DNA from: Phyllobates terribilis
Lineage: Eukaryota
DNA: 64,000 nt
Direction: 5' to 3'
Assembly: GCF_046119375.1 (NCBI RefSeq)
Contig: NW_027362770.1
Span: forward strand, 161,944,001-162,008,000
How positions within the stretch are numbered: position 1 is the first letter of the stretch; the number at the start of each line of letters is the position of its first letter. The notes under the pieces were generated by a model. The model made no database searches and had not been told where the DNA came from. It saw only the letters and a program-made list of their open reading frames with translations. The translations under genes were made by a program, and so were the position numbers. Below, piece after piece: positions 43,901 to 56,470 of the stretch.

Positions 43901-46900
43901 GCAGTCCTATCAAACACCACAAGGCGAGCACTATGGCTGAAATCGTGGAACGGTGATGTGGCCTCCAAAATGAAACTCTGTTCTATTCCCTTCAGGGGAG
44001 AATATATGTTTGGCCAGGCCCTTGACGACCCCCTGGAGAAAGCGATTGATAAAAAGAAATCCTTGCCAGAACCCAGACACTACAAGAAGACTCCCTTTCG
44101 CCCCCCTCGGGAGCAGAATCCTCAATACAAGGGGAAAGGGAAGTCCGGTCGATGAAGCTACCCCAAAGGGGGGAAAGATAGGAATATCTTTTTCTCAAAA
44201 GGACAGCGACAACAAAAGCAGTGACGCAAGAGCAGTAGGGGGATGAATCACGAAATACCTTCCCCAATGGCAAAATATTTGCTTCAGTCAATGGGTCTTG
44301 AAAGCAATTCAAGAAGGGGTGAAGATCGAATTCTCCTCATATCCGCCAAGGAAAATAAGAATAACTCGTCTAACCTCCCCGAGATAAAAAACCGCCCTGA
44401 TGTCTGGCCTAAGAAACCTACTATCCTTGGGGGATATTTCACCGGTCCCAAAAACAGAAAGACACACACGCCTGTTTATAATAAAAAAAAACAAACTGCA
44501 CTTACAGAATAATAATAAATCTGAAACCCTTAAATCAATACATCATCTACTGTACCGAAGATTCAAAATGGAGTCCATCAAATCAGCATTTCCCTTGATA
44601 GGACCAGAATTTGTGATGGCAACCATCGACTTACAGGACGCATACCTCCCTATACATCCAACATACCGAAAATTTCTAAGATTCGCGGTGGTCAAGAGGA
44701 TCAGACGATACACTTCCAATTCAACGTATTGCCGCTCGGAATATCCTACGCACCAAGAATTTTTATCAAAATTATGTCAGAGGTAGTGGCTTCTATCAGG
44801 AAGGAGAAAATCTGCATCATTCCCTACCTCGACGACTTCTTACTAGTAGGTCCCTCGGTGGTATCACTCCAGGAAGATCAGCAGAGGACGATCCAAATCT
44901 TAACCACCCTAGGGTGGTTGATAAATAATCAAAAATCAGACCTGGTCCCTGCCCCAGAAAAAACGTTCCTGGGTGTTCTATTAGACTCCGCCAGACAAAC
45001 CTCCTTCCTACCAAGGGACAAGCAGATACTTTTGAGATCGAAGCTAACGAATCTGAAGACCCGGAACAAGGTGTCCCTAAGATTTGTCATGTCAGCCCTC
45101 GGCTCCATGACAGCCTGCATCCAATCCGTAGCCTGGGCTCAAGGTCACACCAGGGTGTTGCAAACCTATATTCTTGCACAGTGGGACTGATCCCCAGACT
45201 CCCTTAACAGAAAGATCATGATCCCTCATTATGTGAAGACATCCCTGTCATGATGGCTCAGCCCAAGAAACCTAAGAACAGGGGTTCCATAGACTCTGTT
45301 CCCTCTGATAAGTCACGGTAGACGCCAGAAACACTGGATGGGGAGCAGTCATCACCCAAACCCCCTTCCAAGGGATCTGGACAGAGGAGATCAGAGGACA
45401 ATCCTCCAACTTCCACGAATTAAAGGCAGTGGAGTAGGCACTCAAAATATCGGCTCCAATCATTGAGGGCAGACACGTAAAAGTCTATTCAGACAACATG
45501 ACTACCGTAGCTCACCTTTCCCCTCAAGGGAGTACAAGGTACGAGAATCTAAAAAGTATCTCAGCAAGAATATTCTTCTGGGCAGAAAGACATCTTCATT
45601 CCTTATCAGATCTGCACATAAAAGGCTCAGACAACATCCAGACCAATTGAGCATAGGAATATCCATCTGGGGGAATGGGAACTGAACACAGACATTTTCC
45701 ACATGCTGACCAGACGATGGGGTCGTCTGGAGGTGGACCTTTTTGCAAGACGCCAAAATACCAAGTCAGAAAAATGCTCCTTCCTAGATCCAGACGACAT
45801 ATGCCTGGGGATAGATTCATTCGCTCACCCGTGGCGTTTCCATCTAGCTTATGCTTTTCCCCCCAATTCCATTGCTACCCAAGACCTTACAGAAAGTAAG
45901 GACCGAGGAGGTCAAGATAATCTTGATAGCTCCACTTTGGCCAAAAAGGAGCTGGTTCTGTGCACTAAACAGTCTAAGCATAGAATGACCCCTCATTCTG
46001 CCAGCAATCAAAAACCTTCTCCATCAGTGTCCATTACTCCATCCATATCCAGAGAACCTCCATCTAGCGGCTTGGTTTCTGAGTTCACAATCCTGAAGGC
46101 AAAAGAACTCTCAGAGCGAGTAATTCATACCCTACAAAGAAGCAGGAAACAAACTCCATATACAGCAAAATATGGAAGACCTTCCTAACATGGTATAAAC
46201 CAAAATACGCCAGATCTTCGGCATCCTGACATGACCCAGATCTTGAATTTCCTACAAGAGGGGCTGGAAAAAGGTCTTAAACCCAGCACCCTCAAGGTTC
46301 AGATCGCAGCGTTAAGTGCCTATTTTGACCAAAGCCTGGCCGAACATTGATCGGTAAAAAGGTTCATGACAGCAGCTACTCATCTGCGTTCCAGAATAAT
46401 TAACCGCGTTCTCTCCTGGGATCTTAATATCGTCCTTAAAGGTCTGACACTACCACCGTTTGAACCTTTGGCCTCAGTAGAGCTGGATAAGTTAGCTTGG
46501 AAAACAACTTTTCTAGTAGCAATTACCACGGCCAGGAGAGTGGGAGAAATGCAAGCTTTCTCAGTGAATGACCGGTATTTGAGAATTCTGGATGATAGGA
46601 TTATTCTACAACGGGACCCATCTTTCTTACCAAAAGTGGTCTCAGACTTTCATAGATCACAGGAGATAATTCTGCCTTCCTTCTGTTAGAACCCAAAAAA
46701 TAAAAGAGAAGAATTCCATTCTTTGGATGTAAGGCGGGTCGTTCTTCACTACCTCCAAAAAACAGAGGCCTGGAGGAAGGATCAGAACCTCTTTATTCAG
46801 CCATCTGGTCATAACAAAGACTTGGCCTTTGGGCGGAAAGTGCTTCAGGCCGTTGTCCCTCCCTAAACATGAGTCTTTGGTACTCCTCCTTTGGTGCTGT

Positions 46901-49900
46901 CGTGGGGAGTTATTGGAGAAAATAGAATTCGACTTACCGGTAATTTGGATTCTAATAACCCTCCACGACAGCACGGATAATTCCCTCCTTGGCTTGGTTA
47001 GCCAAAAAATAATTTAATTTGAAGCATTCATTCTTGTGTGGTCCTTTATAAAAAAAAAACACTGGAGGGAGGATGAGGGAGGGGCTATTTGACCTCTTTG
47101 TGTTTCCTGTCCCTATTAGGGTGGGGTGACATTCTCCTCCTTTGGTGCTGTCGTGGAGGGTTAGTAGAAACCGAATTACCGGTAAGTCTAATTCTATTTT
47201 TTTTCTTCCACATTCCAAAAATTCCTGTGAAGCACCTGAAGGGTTAATAAAGTTCTTGAATGTGGTTTTGAGCACCTTGAGGGGTGCAGTTTTTAGAATG
47301 GTGTCACTTTTGGGTATTTTCTGTCATAAAGACCTCTCAAAGTGACTTCAAATGTGATGTGGTCCCTAAAAAAAAAATGGTTTTGTAAATCTTGTTGGAA
47401 AATGAGAAATCGATGGTCAACTTTTAACCCTTATAGCTCCCTAACAAAAAAAAAATGTTGGTTCCAAAATGGTGCTGGATGTAAAGTAGACATGTGGGAA
47501 ATGTTGTTTATTAACTATTTTGTGTGACATATCTCTCTGATTTAAGGGCATAAAAATAAAAATTTTGAAAATTGCAAAATTTTCACCAAATTTCCATTTT
47601 TTCACAAATAAAAGCAAGTGATATCGAAGAAATTGTACCACAATCATGAAGTACAATATGTCACGAAAAAACAATCTCAGAATCAGGGGGATCCATTGAA
47701 GCGTTCCAGAGTAATTACCTCCTAAAGTGACAGTGGTCAGAATTGTAAAAATTGGCCTGGTCATTAACGTGCAAACCACCTTGGAGGGGGTAAAGGAGAT
47801 AACAAAAAACACCTGCAATGGCTTCCTACGTGTTTAAAAAGGTCCCTTAGTCTGTTTCAGTAGGCTCCTCAATCATGGGGAAGACTGCTGACTTGACAGA
47901 TGCCCAGAAGGCAGTCATTGACACACTCCACAAGGAGGGTAAGCCACAAAAGGTCATTGCTAAAGAAGCTGGCTGTTCACAGAGTGCTGTATCCAAGCAT
48001 ATTAATGGAAAGTTGAGTGGAAGGAAAAAGTGTGGAAGAAAAAGGTGCACAAGCAACCGGGATAACCGGAGTCTTGAAAGGATTAAGAAAAGGCCATTCA
48101 AAAATTTGGGGGAGATTCACAAGGAGTGGACTGCTGCTGGAGTCATTGCTTCAAGAGCCACCACACACAGACGTATCCAGGACATGGGCTACAAGTGTCA
48201 CATTCCTTGTGTCAAGCCACTCATGACCAATAGACAACGCCAGAAGCGTCTTACCTGGACCAAGGAGAAGAAGACCTGGACTGATGCTCAGTGTCCAAGG
48301 TGTTTTCAGATGAAAGTAAATTTTGCATTTCATTTGGAAATCAAGGACCCAGAGTCTGGAGGAAGAGTGGAGAGGCCACAATCCAAGCTGCTGGAGGTCT
48401 AGTGTGAAGTCTCCACAGTCAGTGATGGTTTGGGGGGCCATGTCATCTGCTGGTGGAGGTCCACTGTGTTTTATCAAGACCAAAGTCAGCGCAGCCGTCT
48501 ACCAGGACATTTTACAGCACTTCATGCTTCCCTCTGCCGACAAGCTTTTTGGAGATGGAAATGTCATTCTCCAGCAGGACTTGGCCCCTGTCCACACGGC
48601 CAAAAGTACCAATACCTGGTTTACACAACAGTATCACTGTGCTTGATTGGCAGCAAACTCGCCTGACCTTAACCCCATAGAGAATCTATTATAGAGAATC
48701 TATGGGGTATTGTCAAGAGGAAGATGAGGGACACCAGACCCAACAATGCAGACGAGCTGAAGGCTGCTATCAAAGCCACCTGGGCTTCATAACAGCTCAG
48801 CAGTGCCACAGGCTGATCGCCTCCATGCCACAGGCTGATCGCCTCCATGCCACGCTGCATTGATGCAGTAATTGATGCAAAAGGAGCCCCGACCAAGTAT
48901 TGAGGGCATTTACTGAACATACAGTGGGTACGGAAAGTATTCTGACCCCTTTAAATTTTTCACTCTTTGTTTCATTGCAGCCATTTGGTAAATTCTAAAA
49001 AGTTCATTTTTTTTCTCATTAAAATATCACATGGTCATAAGTATTCAGACCCTTTGCTCAGTATTGAGTAGAAGCCCCCTTTTGAGCTAGTACAGCCATG
49101 AGTCTTCTTGGGAATGATGCAACAAGTTTTTCACACCTGGATTTGGGGATCCTCTGCCATTCTTCCTTGCAGATCCTCTCCAGTTCCGTCAGGTTGGATG
49201 GTGAACGTTGATGGACAGCCATTTTCAGGTCTCTCCAGAGATGCTCAATTGGGTTTAGGTCAGGGCTCTGGCTGGGCCAGTCAAGAATGGTCACAGAGTT
49301 GTTCTGAAGCCACTCCTTTGTTATTTTAGCTGTGTGCTTAGGGTCATTGTCTTGTTGGAAGGTGAATCTTCGGCCAAGTCTGAGGTCCAGAGCATTCTGG
49401 AAGAGGTTTTCATCCAGGATATCTCTGTACTTGGCTGCATTCATGTTTCCTTCAATTGCAACCAGTTATCCTGTCCCTGCAGCTGAAAAACACCCCCATA
49501 GCATGATGCTGCCACCACCATGTTTCACTGTTGGGATTGCATTGGGCAGGTGATGAGCAGTGCCTGGTTTTCTCCACACGTACCGCTTAGAATTATCACC
49601 AAAAACGTCTATCTTCATCTCATCAGACCAGAGAATCTTATTTCTCATAGTCTGGGAGTCCTTCATGGGTTTTTGAGTAAACTCTATGCAGGCTTTCATA
49701 TGTTTTTGCACTGAGGAGAGGTTTCCGTCGGGCCACTCTGCCATAAAGGCCCAACTGGTGGAGGGCTGCAGAGATAGTTGACTTTGTGAAACTTTCTCTC
49801 ATCTGCCAGGACATATAGGGCTATGTGCAGACTGAGGTTTTAGGGTATGTGCACATACAGATACACCTGCCGAGATTCCCAAGAGGAAAGATACGTCAGG

Positions 49901-51852
49901 AAAATGGCAGCTGTTCCTGAATCATTCTTTGAACATCTTTCCCCTCATTTTTGTGGCGTCTTTAGGCATAATCCACCTGAAAAGACGTTGTGCGCCTTAT
50001 TTAGTTATTATTGTACTGAAGGTTTTTTTTTTTTTGGAAGAACATCAGAAAAAGTGCTTTTAGGGAAAACGCATCTAAAACCTATACATGCCCTTAAAGT
50101 GGTTTTTTTTTTGTAACCTTTTCATCAGCTACAAAACAACTCATTAAAAATCTGCCTGCGCAAAAGGAATCACCATATCTTTTTCTGGTGGCCAAAAATG
50201 TCATTTTTTCTAGCAGAAGATGCCTCGGGGAAACTCTTCTTTTGTCTATAATTTTGACAAAACGCTGAAGCGTCTATTTGTCATTTCCTATGTACTTTTT
50301 TTTTGCAAATTTTTGGGATTTTTTTTTTCAAATCTGTAAAGCAAAGAAAACACTTTAAAAAAAAACAAAACACTTTGGTGTCTTTATAGTCTTCCCATTG
50401 ACTTGAAAAGTATGAAGGAAAATGACTGAAGAATGTACTTTTAACTTTTTTATGCTTTCAAAAGATGCAAACAAAACTCATAAGCCAAAACATATGTACA
50501 GAAAGTTGTTTTTGCAAACTAAAATGACTGAGTTTTCTTAGCAATTTTTCCGCCATTTTTTCAGCATTGAGAACATCCCTGTTCACACGTGAGTTTTTGG
50601 ACCAGAAACTATCCATGTTCTCTTCAAAAAAAACGTGGTAGTTTCTGCTCTGAAAAAAAAGACTGTGTGCGGATATACTCCAACTCCTCCTCAAACACTC
50701 GGGAAGTTTCTGCTCTGAAAACTCTGCAAAAAGACTGTGTACTCATGCCCTAAGGGCGTGTGCACACAACTTTTTGAGGCAGATTCTGCCTGAAAGACCT
50801 ATTAGAAAATGCCCAAAAGAAGTCTGCATGTATCTCTATGTAAAAATTACGTTCTGTTCTTGTGACATGTCCATTCTTCTGGCGTTTTCCACTCTGTACT
50901 TTTACGATACAAGTTAACTGGAAAGCTCAAAAGAGGCCAGGACAATTTGCCATAGTTTTACTTAAAATAAAATCCCAGTGAATCCTTCATTATTCAAAGT
51001 AAATAAAAAAAAATAAGGGAGTATAAAAGGGGAAAAACAAACCAGGGCTTATAAAGTAAGAAACAAAAAAAAAATAACCCCAGGGAGTATAAAGAGAAAA
51101 AAAACGAAGAAAGAAAACAGAAAAAAAAATGGGAAAACCCACCAAAAAAACTGCAGCTGTCAAAATCATCAAAAAAATTGCTTCAGAAATGACCAAAATA
51201 AAGACAGAAAAGTTGCTTCAGAAAAGTAAAGACAGAAAAGTTTCCTGAAGCGTCTTTTGCTAGGTTCACCTGATTGCAAAAACTGCTGTGTGCACAAACC
51301 CTAAGAGTAGCAGATCCAACAACAGCAGCTTATTGACGGTTTCCAAGCAGCATTTTTTTTTTTTTAACATTGCTAAGGAAATATGTTCCCCACATGATTT
51401 GCTATTGTGCTTGCCAAGGAAAAATATGCCAGGAATTTGCAGATCGAAACACAAATCTAGATCCGTTTTGCGCTGAAAATGGTGAAATAGTCTGCATGAG
51501 ATTTATCAAATCTAATCCACGTCTAGTGCTGTCATCTGTGGGGCAAATCTAGCATTTTGGGGTCTGTTCACACTAAGGGTTTCAGGGCTGATTCAACAAA
51601 ATCTGCATTTGAAAAGAAAAATTGTATTTTGTGAATGGGAGTTTACACAGATTCTGCAAGGAAGGGTCTCAGTCATGTCACTATGGCCCCTACACAAGAC
51701 TTCATTCATCCTGACACGGTTTCCTCTGTCTTTAGGATTGCAGCCTCTTCTACTCCAAGAGATTTTGTCTCCCCTGCGTCATCAAGAACAAGGACACTTT
51801 TCCTCCGGAGATTCAGCAGGACCTGGATAAGCGGAAGACCCCGACTAAATGA
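34142..51852 (+). CDS. CDPF1: Cysteine-rich DPF motif domain-containing protein 1, 3 coding exons, 113 aa
   Basis: Exons 34142-34254, 34600-34711, 51736-51852 (342 nt, GT-AG). Translation [32 protein letters not shown]...[71 protein letters not shown] contains the DPF motif and Cys pairs. The ATG follows an acceptor AG directly, implying an upstream non-coding exon. Confidence 0.94.
34981..36547 (-). mobile_element. Tc1 transposon with ~270-bp TIRs; defective transposase (ORF 35201-36133)
   Basis: CAGTACA(G/A)ACCAAAAGTTTGGACACACCTT inverted ends in (TA)n flanks; [23 protein letters not shown] present; premature TGA after RMP; N-terminal domain appears shortened. Confidence 0.92.
36565..37672 (-). 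mobile_element. Tc1 transposon of a second family, 5'-truncated and frameshifted
   Basis: End TACTGCTCAAAAAATTAAGGGAACACT; peptides [46 protein letters not shown]. Confidence 0.88.
37790..37980. repeat. Interstitial telomere-like repeat block 1 (TTAGGG with GGGCTA/GGGTTG variants)
   Basis: GGTTAGGGTT... seen directly. Confidence 0.9.
38026..38287. mobile_element. Long-TIR MITE, duplicated at 38869-39090
   Basis: AGTGTTGAGTGCAAGTGCTCG..TTGAGTTTGCATCGGGT.CTCGGGTATGCAC and its inverted copy ending GCACTTGCGCTCAAGACT. Confidence 0.75.
38334..38815. repeat. Interstitial telomere-like repeat block 2
   Basis: (GGGTTAGGGTTGGGGCTA)-type higher-order units. Confidence 0.92.
39652..42175. mobile_element. 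hAT non-autonomous element with 8-bp TSD CTCACAAA, filled with a 31-bp minisatellite (about 40040-41960)
   Basis: TIRs CAGGGCCGGC / GCCGGCCCTG; CTCACAAA at 39644-39651 and 42176-42183. Confidence 0.9.
42426..47200 (+). mobile_element. DIRS-type tyrosine-recombinase retrotransposon, both termini and ICR present, ORFs decayed
   Basis: Left end TTTCTCCAATAACCCCCCACGACAGCACC; ICR at about 46885-46975 complementary to both ends; right end ...TTACCGGTAAGTCTAATTCTATTTT. Gag-like ORF about 42971-44155 (CxxC..CxxC, one in-frame TAG at 43631); RT ([25 protein letters not shown]); RNase H; MT-like (DLFA..AYAFPP); YR ([17 protein letters not shown]). Confidence 0.93.
47803..48921 (+). mobile_element. 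Tc1 transposon of a third family, frameshifted, termini lost
   Basis: MGKTADLT...[44 protein letters not shown]. Confidence 0.87.
48922..49803 (-). mobile_element. Tc1 transposon of a fourth family, 5'-truncated, inserted at a TA in the previous Tc1
   Basis: TA-CAGTGGGTACGGAAAGTATTCTGACCCC terminus; peptides [49 protein letters not shown]. Confidence 0.9.
49815..51305. mobile_element. Cluster of decayed Harbinger-like MITEs
   Basis: Repeated AGGG(C/T)(T/A)TGTGCACA / TGTGCACAAACCCT ends (49818, 49841, 50752, 51290). Confidence 0.4.
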
Positions 51853-52748
51853 GTTCTGGAAATTCAAGAACATTGCAGCCACTGACTGATTAGGAGGACA
51901 GGCACCGCTGTCCCCCATTTATAAAGGACATCTTACCCTTATCTGTAATACAAGGGACATAATGCCTGATGAAGAGCGTGAAAAGACAGAACATAACATT
52001 CTTATTCCTTGCACCAGAACGTTTCTAGTTAAAAAAAAAAAAAAAATCTTCAGTGTGTTAGAATACAATCAATGAAATCCTAATTTTTTTTTTTTTTTTT
52101 TTTAGGTGGGAGATGCTTAAAGGGACCCGCCAGGATGATTCTTCCACTGAAACTAGTGGTACGGATGGATAGGACCTAGTGAGACAATAACGATACCTGT
52201 CTTGTAGTAATCCGATGTGCCAACACTGAGAAATTGAGCTTTGAAGTAACATGTAAATTAACCAGGAAGTGTGTTAGGGCATGAACACGCCCCCAATGCA
52301 CTTTCACGATAATATGCATAAGTTTCAAAGCTCGATTTCTCAGCGCCGGCACATCGGATTACTACAAGACAAGTATCGTTTTTATTGTTTTACTAAGTCC
52401 TGTATATCCATACCAATAGTGTCAGTAGTAAAATAGTCCGAATAAGTCCCTTAAGGTGCCCCAATACCCCCACCAAATGCTCAAACTGAGAGATGTACAG
52501 GCCCATAGACTTTCTCTTGAGCCTGTACATCACTGTGGTTTGAGTGATCGGTAGGGTGGGTCTCAAGACCCAGATGGGCCCCCACTAATCCACAGGGGCT
52601 CTAACATATTAAACAAGTGGAAGCATTCTAACTATCTAAGGCTGGTTTCATGTAAAGGAGACTTCAATCTATATATATTCCGCCACTTATGTAAGGGGAG
52701 GAAAGAAAAAGACACGAGAAGTGGTGTAATACCCAACTGATACAGTTA

Positions 52749-52754
52749 TTTATT
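52749..52754 (-). terminator. Candidate YARS2 polyadenylation signal (AATAAA)
   Basis: TTTATT on + strand about 90 nt downstream of the YARS2 stop. Confidence 0.55.
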
Positions 52755-52841
52755 AAAATCCATCACGGTCATTGTCCCGTATTTATAGAGCTCTTCTCAC
52801 TTAGTGAGAGTATCGCCCGTCTCAGCGCCAGGCGGCTGCAG

Positions 52842-55800
52842 TCACAGGCTCAGCCACTTCACCACATAGAAGTTCTTCTTTCCGACCCTGATGAGGGACA
52901 GCCCGTTGCGGAGGATGTGCTGGCCGACCACCAGGACCTCGTCTGGGTTTGTGACTCTCACGTGGTTGAAGCTTACTCCCCCGCTGCTTAGTATGTCAAA
53001 GCTGAAGGGTAAAGGACAAAGTTAGAGAGGGTCACCCGGTAGATCTACTCCATTCCCATCACACCAGCAGTCAAATTCCTTTAGTGTAAGGGGTGACATT
53101 TCTCCTTGTGGAGAGCGACAAGCCAAGCCTGGCATGTCACGAGTGAGGAGACTTAATCCATGCATGCTCCAAGCGAGGCTTATAAAAGTCTTCTTACTCT
53201 AACAGGCCAAGCTTGGCTTGTTACTCTTAACAAGGAGAAAGTTACCCCATAGACTCCAGTCTAGAGCCTCTCATCTAGCCAAATCAGATCTCATACTTTG
53301 CACTGATGAGGGGAAAACACCCTGAAACACTGTCTGCAAATTGAGATTCTGGTTTGGCTTTTATCCCAAGTCATGTGACAAGGCTTGTTAAAGGGTCACT
53401 ATTAACTTTTAGGATCGCTGCTTCCAATAGGTGATGCAAAAGATCTAATCCTTGTCCTCTCTGAAGAGACAATTTGCATATTTTTTGCCTTAAAAACACA
53501 TGGAGGGGGAAATGAACTGGTCGTCTTTTTGACTTGTAAACATTAAAACACCTACCCACGGACACCTTCTGGGATAGCCGACACTTTCAGGCAGACGTCC
53601 AGCACCCTAGTACCAGGTTCCAGCAATAATTCAGCAAAAGGGGCTCCCTGGAAGATTTCTTGTAGTTCTTGATCAGACATGGCTGCCAAAGCGTCAATGC
53701 TGCTGTGATACAGAGCCTGCGTGCACCTAGTGGAGAAAGGTGGGTATTGCAACCATGCAATAAAAATATCGCATCTTGCTGTGTAGTCACAGATCACTCG
53801 CCGTGTCCATCACCAGAACTGACTACAATGGACACGTGACCATCAGAGCTGGACACGGAGCGATGGATGAAGGCGCCGGGTCTGATGAATCATGTTTTCC
53901 ATAATGCACTTATGATAATTGACAGACACCTCACCTCTTGGCTGACTCCAGTCCTTCTTTGCCATGGACGAGCTTGGTCACCTCTGCTGCCAGTCTCTTA
54001 TGGGGTATGCGTTTCTCCGGCTCCTTGGCATGTTGTTCCATAATGTGCCCAATCTCCGGGAGGGGGAGGAAAGTGAAAAGTTTTAGGAACCTAAAAAACA
54101 AGAAAAACAAAAATATCCTATAAATTCACAGGGGATCCATCGCTAAGAAGGACTGTGACCGACCATCCAGGTCTATATTGTGCAGCAATACATTCTCGTA
54201 TATGCCTGGAGACCCACAGCTGCTCTGGACATGGTGGTCTGTACTCGGCCCATAAATGTTATACGTGTGAAACTGGAGTTGCTCGCTTCTGCATCGGTAG
54301 GCGAGTGGCACTGATGACGGAGAATCTGCACATACCTGACAGGGCGCCTGCATGGACCGGCAGGTATCATGGAGGAGGGATGTGCAAACATGTCAGTAGT
54401 GCCACTCGCCTCCTGAAGTGAGCAACACTGGACATTCCCTCTAAGTTTTTTCACACCGCCCCAGGCCAAAACGTTGCGCCCATCACCTCTCCACGCTGCC
54501 ATCTTGCTGCCGTACAAAGAACTGGTAAAACTCAAATGGTGACGTCCGCTCCCTGTTCAGCCACACGGCGTTTCCGGCAGACTTGCCCAGCTTATCTCCG
54601 GTGGTGCTTGTGATAAGCGGCAACAGGATCCCGAACACGTCTTCTCCTGTGGTCCTGTGTAAAGACCGAGGGTCAATATATAATCCTGACCACATACAAA
54701 GCGCCCCCCTGAGAATGGTCAAGACACAGCTGCCGGACCAAGAACTTCAGCCCCTGGGAATCTAACCAAGGGCCCGATAAAAGGTTATTGAGGGGCGTAA
54801 ATAGCATGAGTGCCTAAGGTTCCCCACCCTTGCTGTAAGGGGTAGAGATCAGATGCCTTTCTGGCGCCCCACTCCTATAGAGCACACAGGTCAAACTCTG
54901 TCCCGTAGGCCAAATTTGGCCCACGACACGAGAACCACCACCTCTATGGGAGCCCATTACTCTGTATGGAGGACTAGGTGGGGCCCATTACTCTGTATGG
55001 AGGACTAGGTGGGGCCCATTACTCTGTATGGAGGACTAGGTGGGGCCCATTACTCTGTATGGAGGACTAGGTGGGGCCCATTACTCTGTATGGAGGACTA
55101 GGTGGGGCCCATTACTCTGTATGGAGGACTAGGTGGGGCCCATTACTCTGTATGGAGGACTAGGTGGGGCCCATTACTCTGTATGGAGGACTAGGTGGGG
55201 CCCATTACTCTGTGTGTCATTTTGGCTCTGTGTTTGACATCCCTGGTGTAGAGATCAGGCGCTCGTTCCCTTACAGGGGCAGCAGAGGTCAGATGCCCAT
55301 TTCCTGTAGGCAGCGGCAGAGGTCAGATGCCCCTCTCAGCCCCCACACCTCTGTATGAAGTCGTGGCCGGACATGAGGTTGCCCAGTTGGTCGGTGCCCC
55401 CCAGCTGGATCTTGCAGCCATGCTTCTGGAGCAGGTAGTAGAAGTCATAGGCCTGGAACACCTGGTAGCAGAACTCTGCCAGGCTCATGCCCTCGGCGGA
55501 GCTCAGGCGGCTCTGCACGCTGTGCCTGCTCAGCAGGGTGCCCATCCGGAAGTGTCTGCCCACCGACGCCAGGAAGTCCACGGCCGAGCGCTGCCGGTAC
55601 CAGGCGGCGTTATCCAGCACCGTCACCCGCCCTCCGGCCCGCACCGGCCCCTCGTGGTTGGAGAAGATGCGGTGCAGCGAGTCCCGGATCCCCCGCACGT
55701 TCTCCGCCACCTGCTCTGGGCTCAGGGGCGCCCTCTCCTGGTGACGGCCGCTGGGGTCCCCGATCTGAGCAGTGGCCCCTCCGACTACAGCGATGACATG

Positions 55801-56079
55801 GTGCCCGGCCCGGTGAAAGTGCAGGAGACCCAGCACGGCCAGGAGATTCCCCACGTGTAGCGAGTCCGCCGTGGGGTCAAAGCCGCAGTACACGGTCTGA
55901 GAGCCGGAGGACAGGAGCTCCTGGAGCTGCAGCTTGGCGGTCTCCGCCGGGAACACATCCTTAAAAAGACCCCGGCGTGTCCCGGACACTAACGGCTCCG
56001 ACAAACTGGACAGACAGCGAAAACCAGGCCGGGAAAGACTGGAGAGTGACCGGAGAGCGTGTATAATGGGCGCCGCCAT
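52842..56079 (-). CDS. YARS2: Mitochondrial tyrosyl-tRNA synthetase, complete 5-exon CDS, 461 aa
   Basis: Exons 55349-56079, 54487-54654, 53935-54090, 53556-53726, 52842-53001 (1386 nt, GT-AG). Class I motifs [15 protein letters not shown] (HIGH) and KLGKS (KMSKS), plus [10 protein letters not shown]; basic N-terminal presequence; C-terminus [13 protein letters not shown]. Confidence 0.97.
54883..55245. mobile_element. hAT-like MITE in YARS2 intron 1 with a 31-bp minisatellite (about 54950-55215)
   Basis: Right end GTTTGACATCCCTG is the reverse complement of the 7288 terminus; degenerate left end CACACAGGTCAAACTC; unit GGGCCCATTACTCTGTATGGAGGACTAGGTG. Confidence 0.72.
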
Positions 56080-56470
56080 CTTGTTTGAGCGAGATGGCTG
56101 ATGGGAAAAGGAGTCAGCTGACTAACAGGCCAGTGTTATGGCGATTGTCTTTGTTGCCTGTAGTAACCAATCATAGCACAGGTTTTATTTTTCAAGCGCA
56201 CAATAAAAAGTGAAAGCCGCTCTGTTATTGGTTGTTCAGCTTTGAATCACACTATTAAAGTTGCTCAGCTTTCATTTATCAAGCTTACTATAAAAGCTGA
56301 GCTGTGATTGGCTGCTTAGCTTTCATATTTTCAAACGCACTATAAAAGCTGCGCTGTGATTGGTTGCTCAGTTTTTAGCTTTCAAGTACACTATAAAAGC
56401 TGCGCTGTGGTTGGTTGCTCAGCTTTTATCTTTCAAGCGCACTATATAAGCTGCGCTGTGATTGGTTACT
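56072..56470 (-). promoter_or_regulatory. YARS2 proximal promoter: YY1 motif over the start codon plus a CCAAT repeat array
   Basis: Minus strand CAAGATGGCGGC (56072-56083) contains the ATG; repeated AGCTGCGCTGTGATTGGTTGCTCAGC-type motifs at about 56220, 56300, 56350, 56400 and 56450. Confidence 0.6.

Larger units (their letters stand above)
39131..47802. mobile_element. Large piggyBac-like non-autonomous host element (pieces 39131-39651, 42176-42425, 47205-47802) with nested hAT and DIRS
   Basis: Internal repeat TAGTTT(C/T)(C/T)A(A/G)AATGG(G/T)GTCACTT at 39194, 39584 and 47289; sequence is continuous across both insertions; degenerate right end GGGGGTAAAGGAGATAA; left end not found. Confidence 0.6.

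Noticed and set aside
48670-48855. Short tandem duplications in the Tc1 remnant (ATAGAGAATCTAT; GCCACAGGCTGATCGCCTCCAT)
   Set aside because: Ordinary slippage duplications in a dead element.
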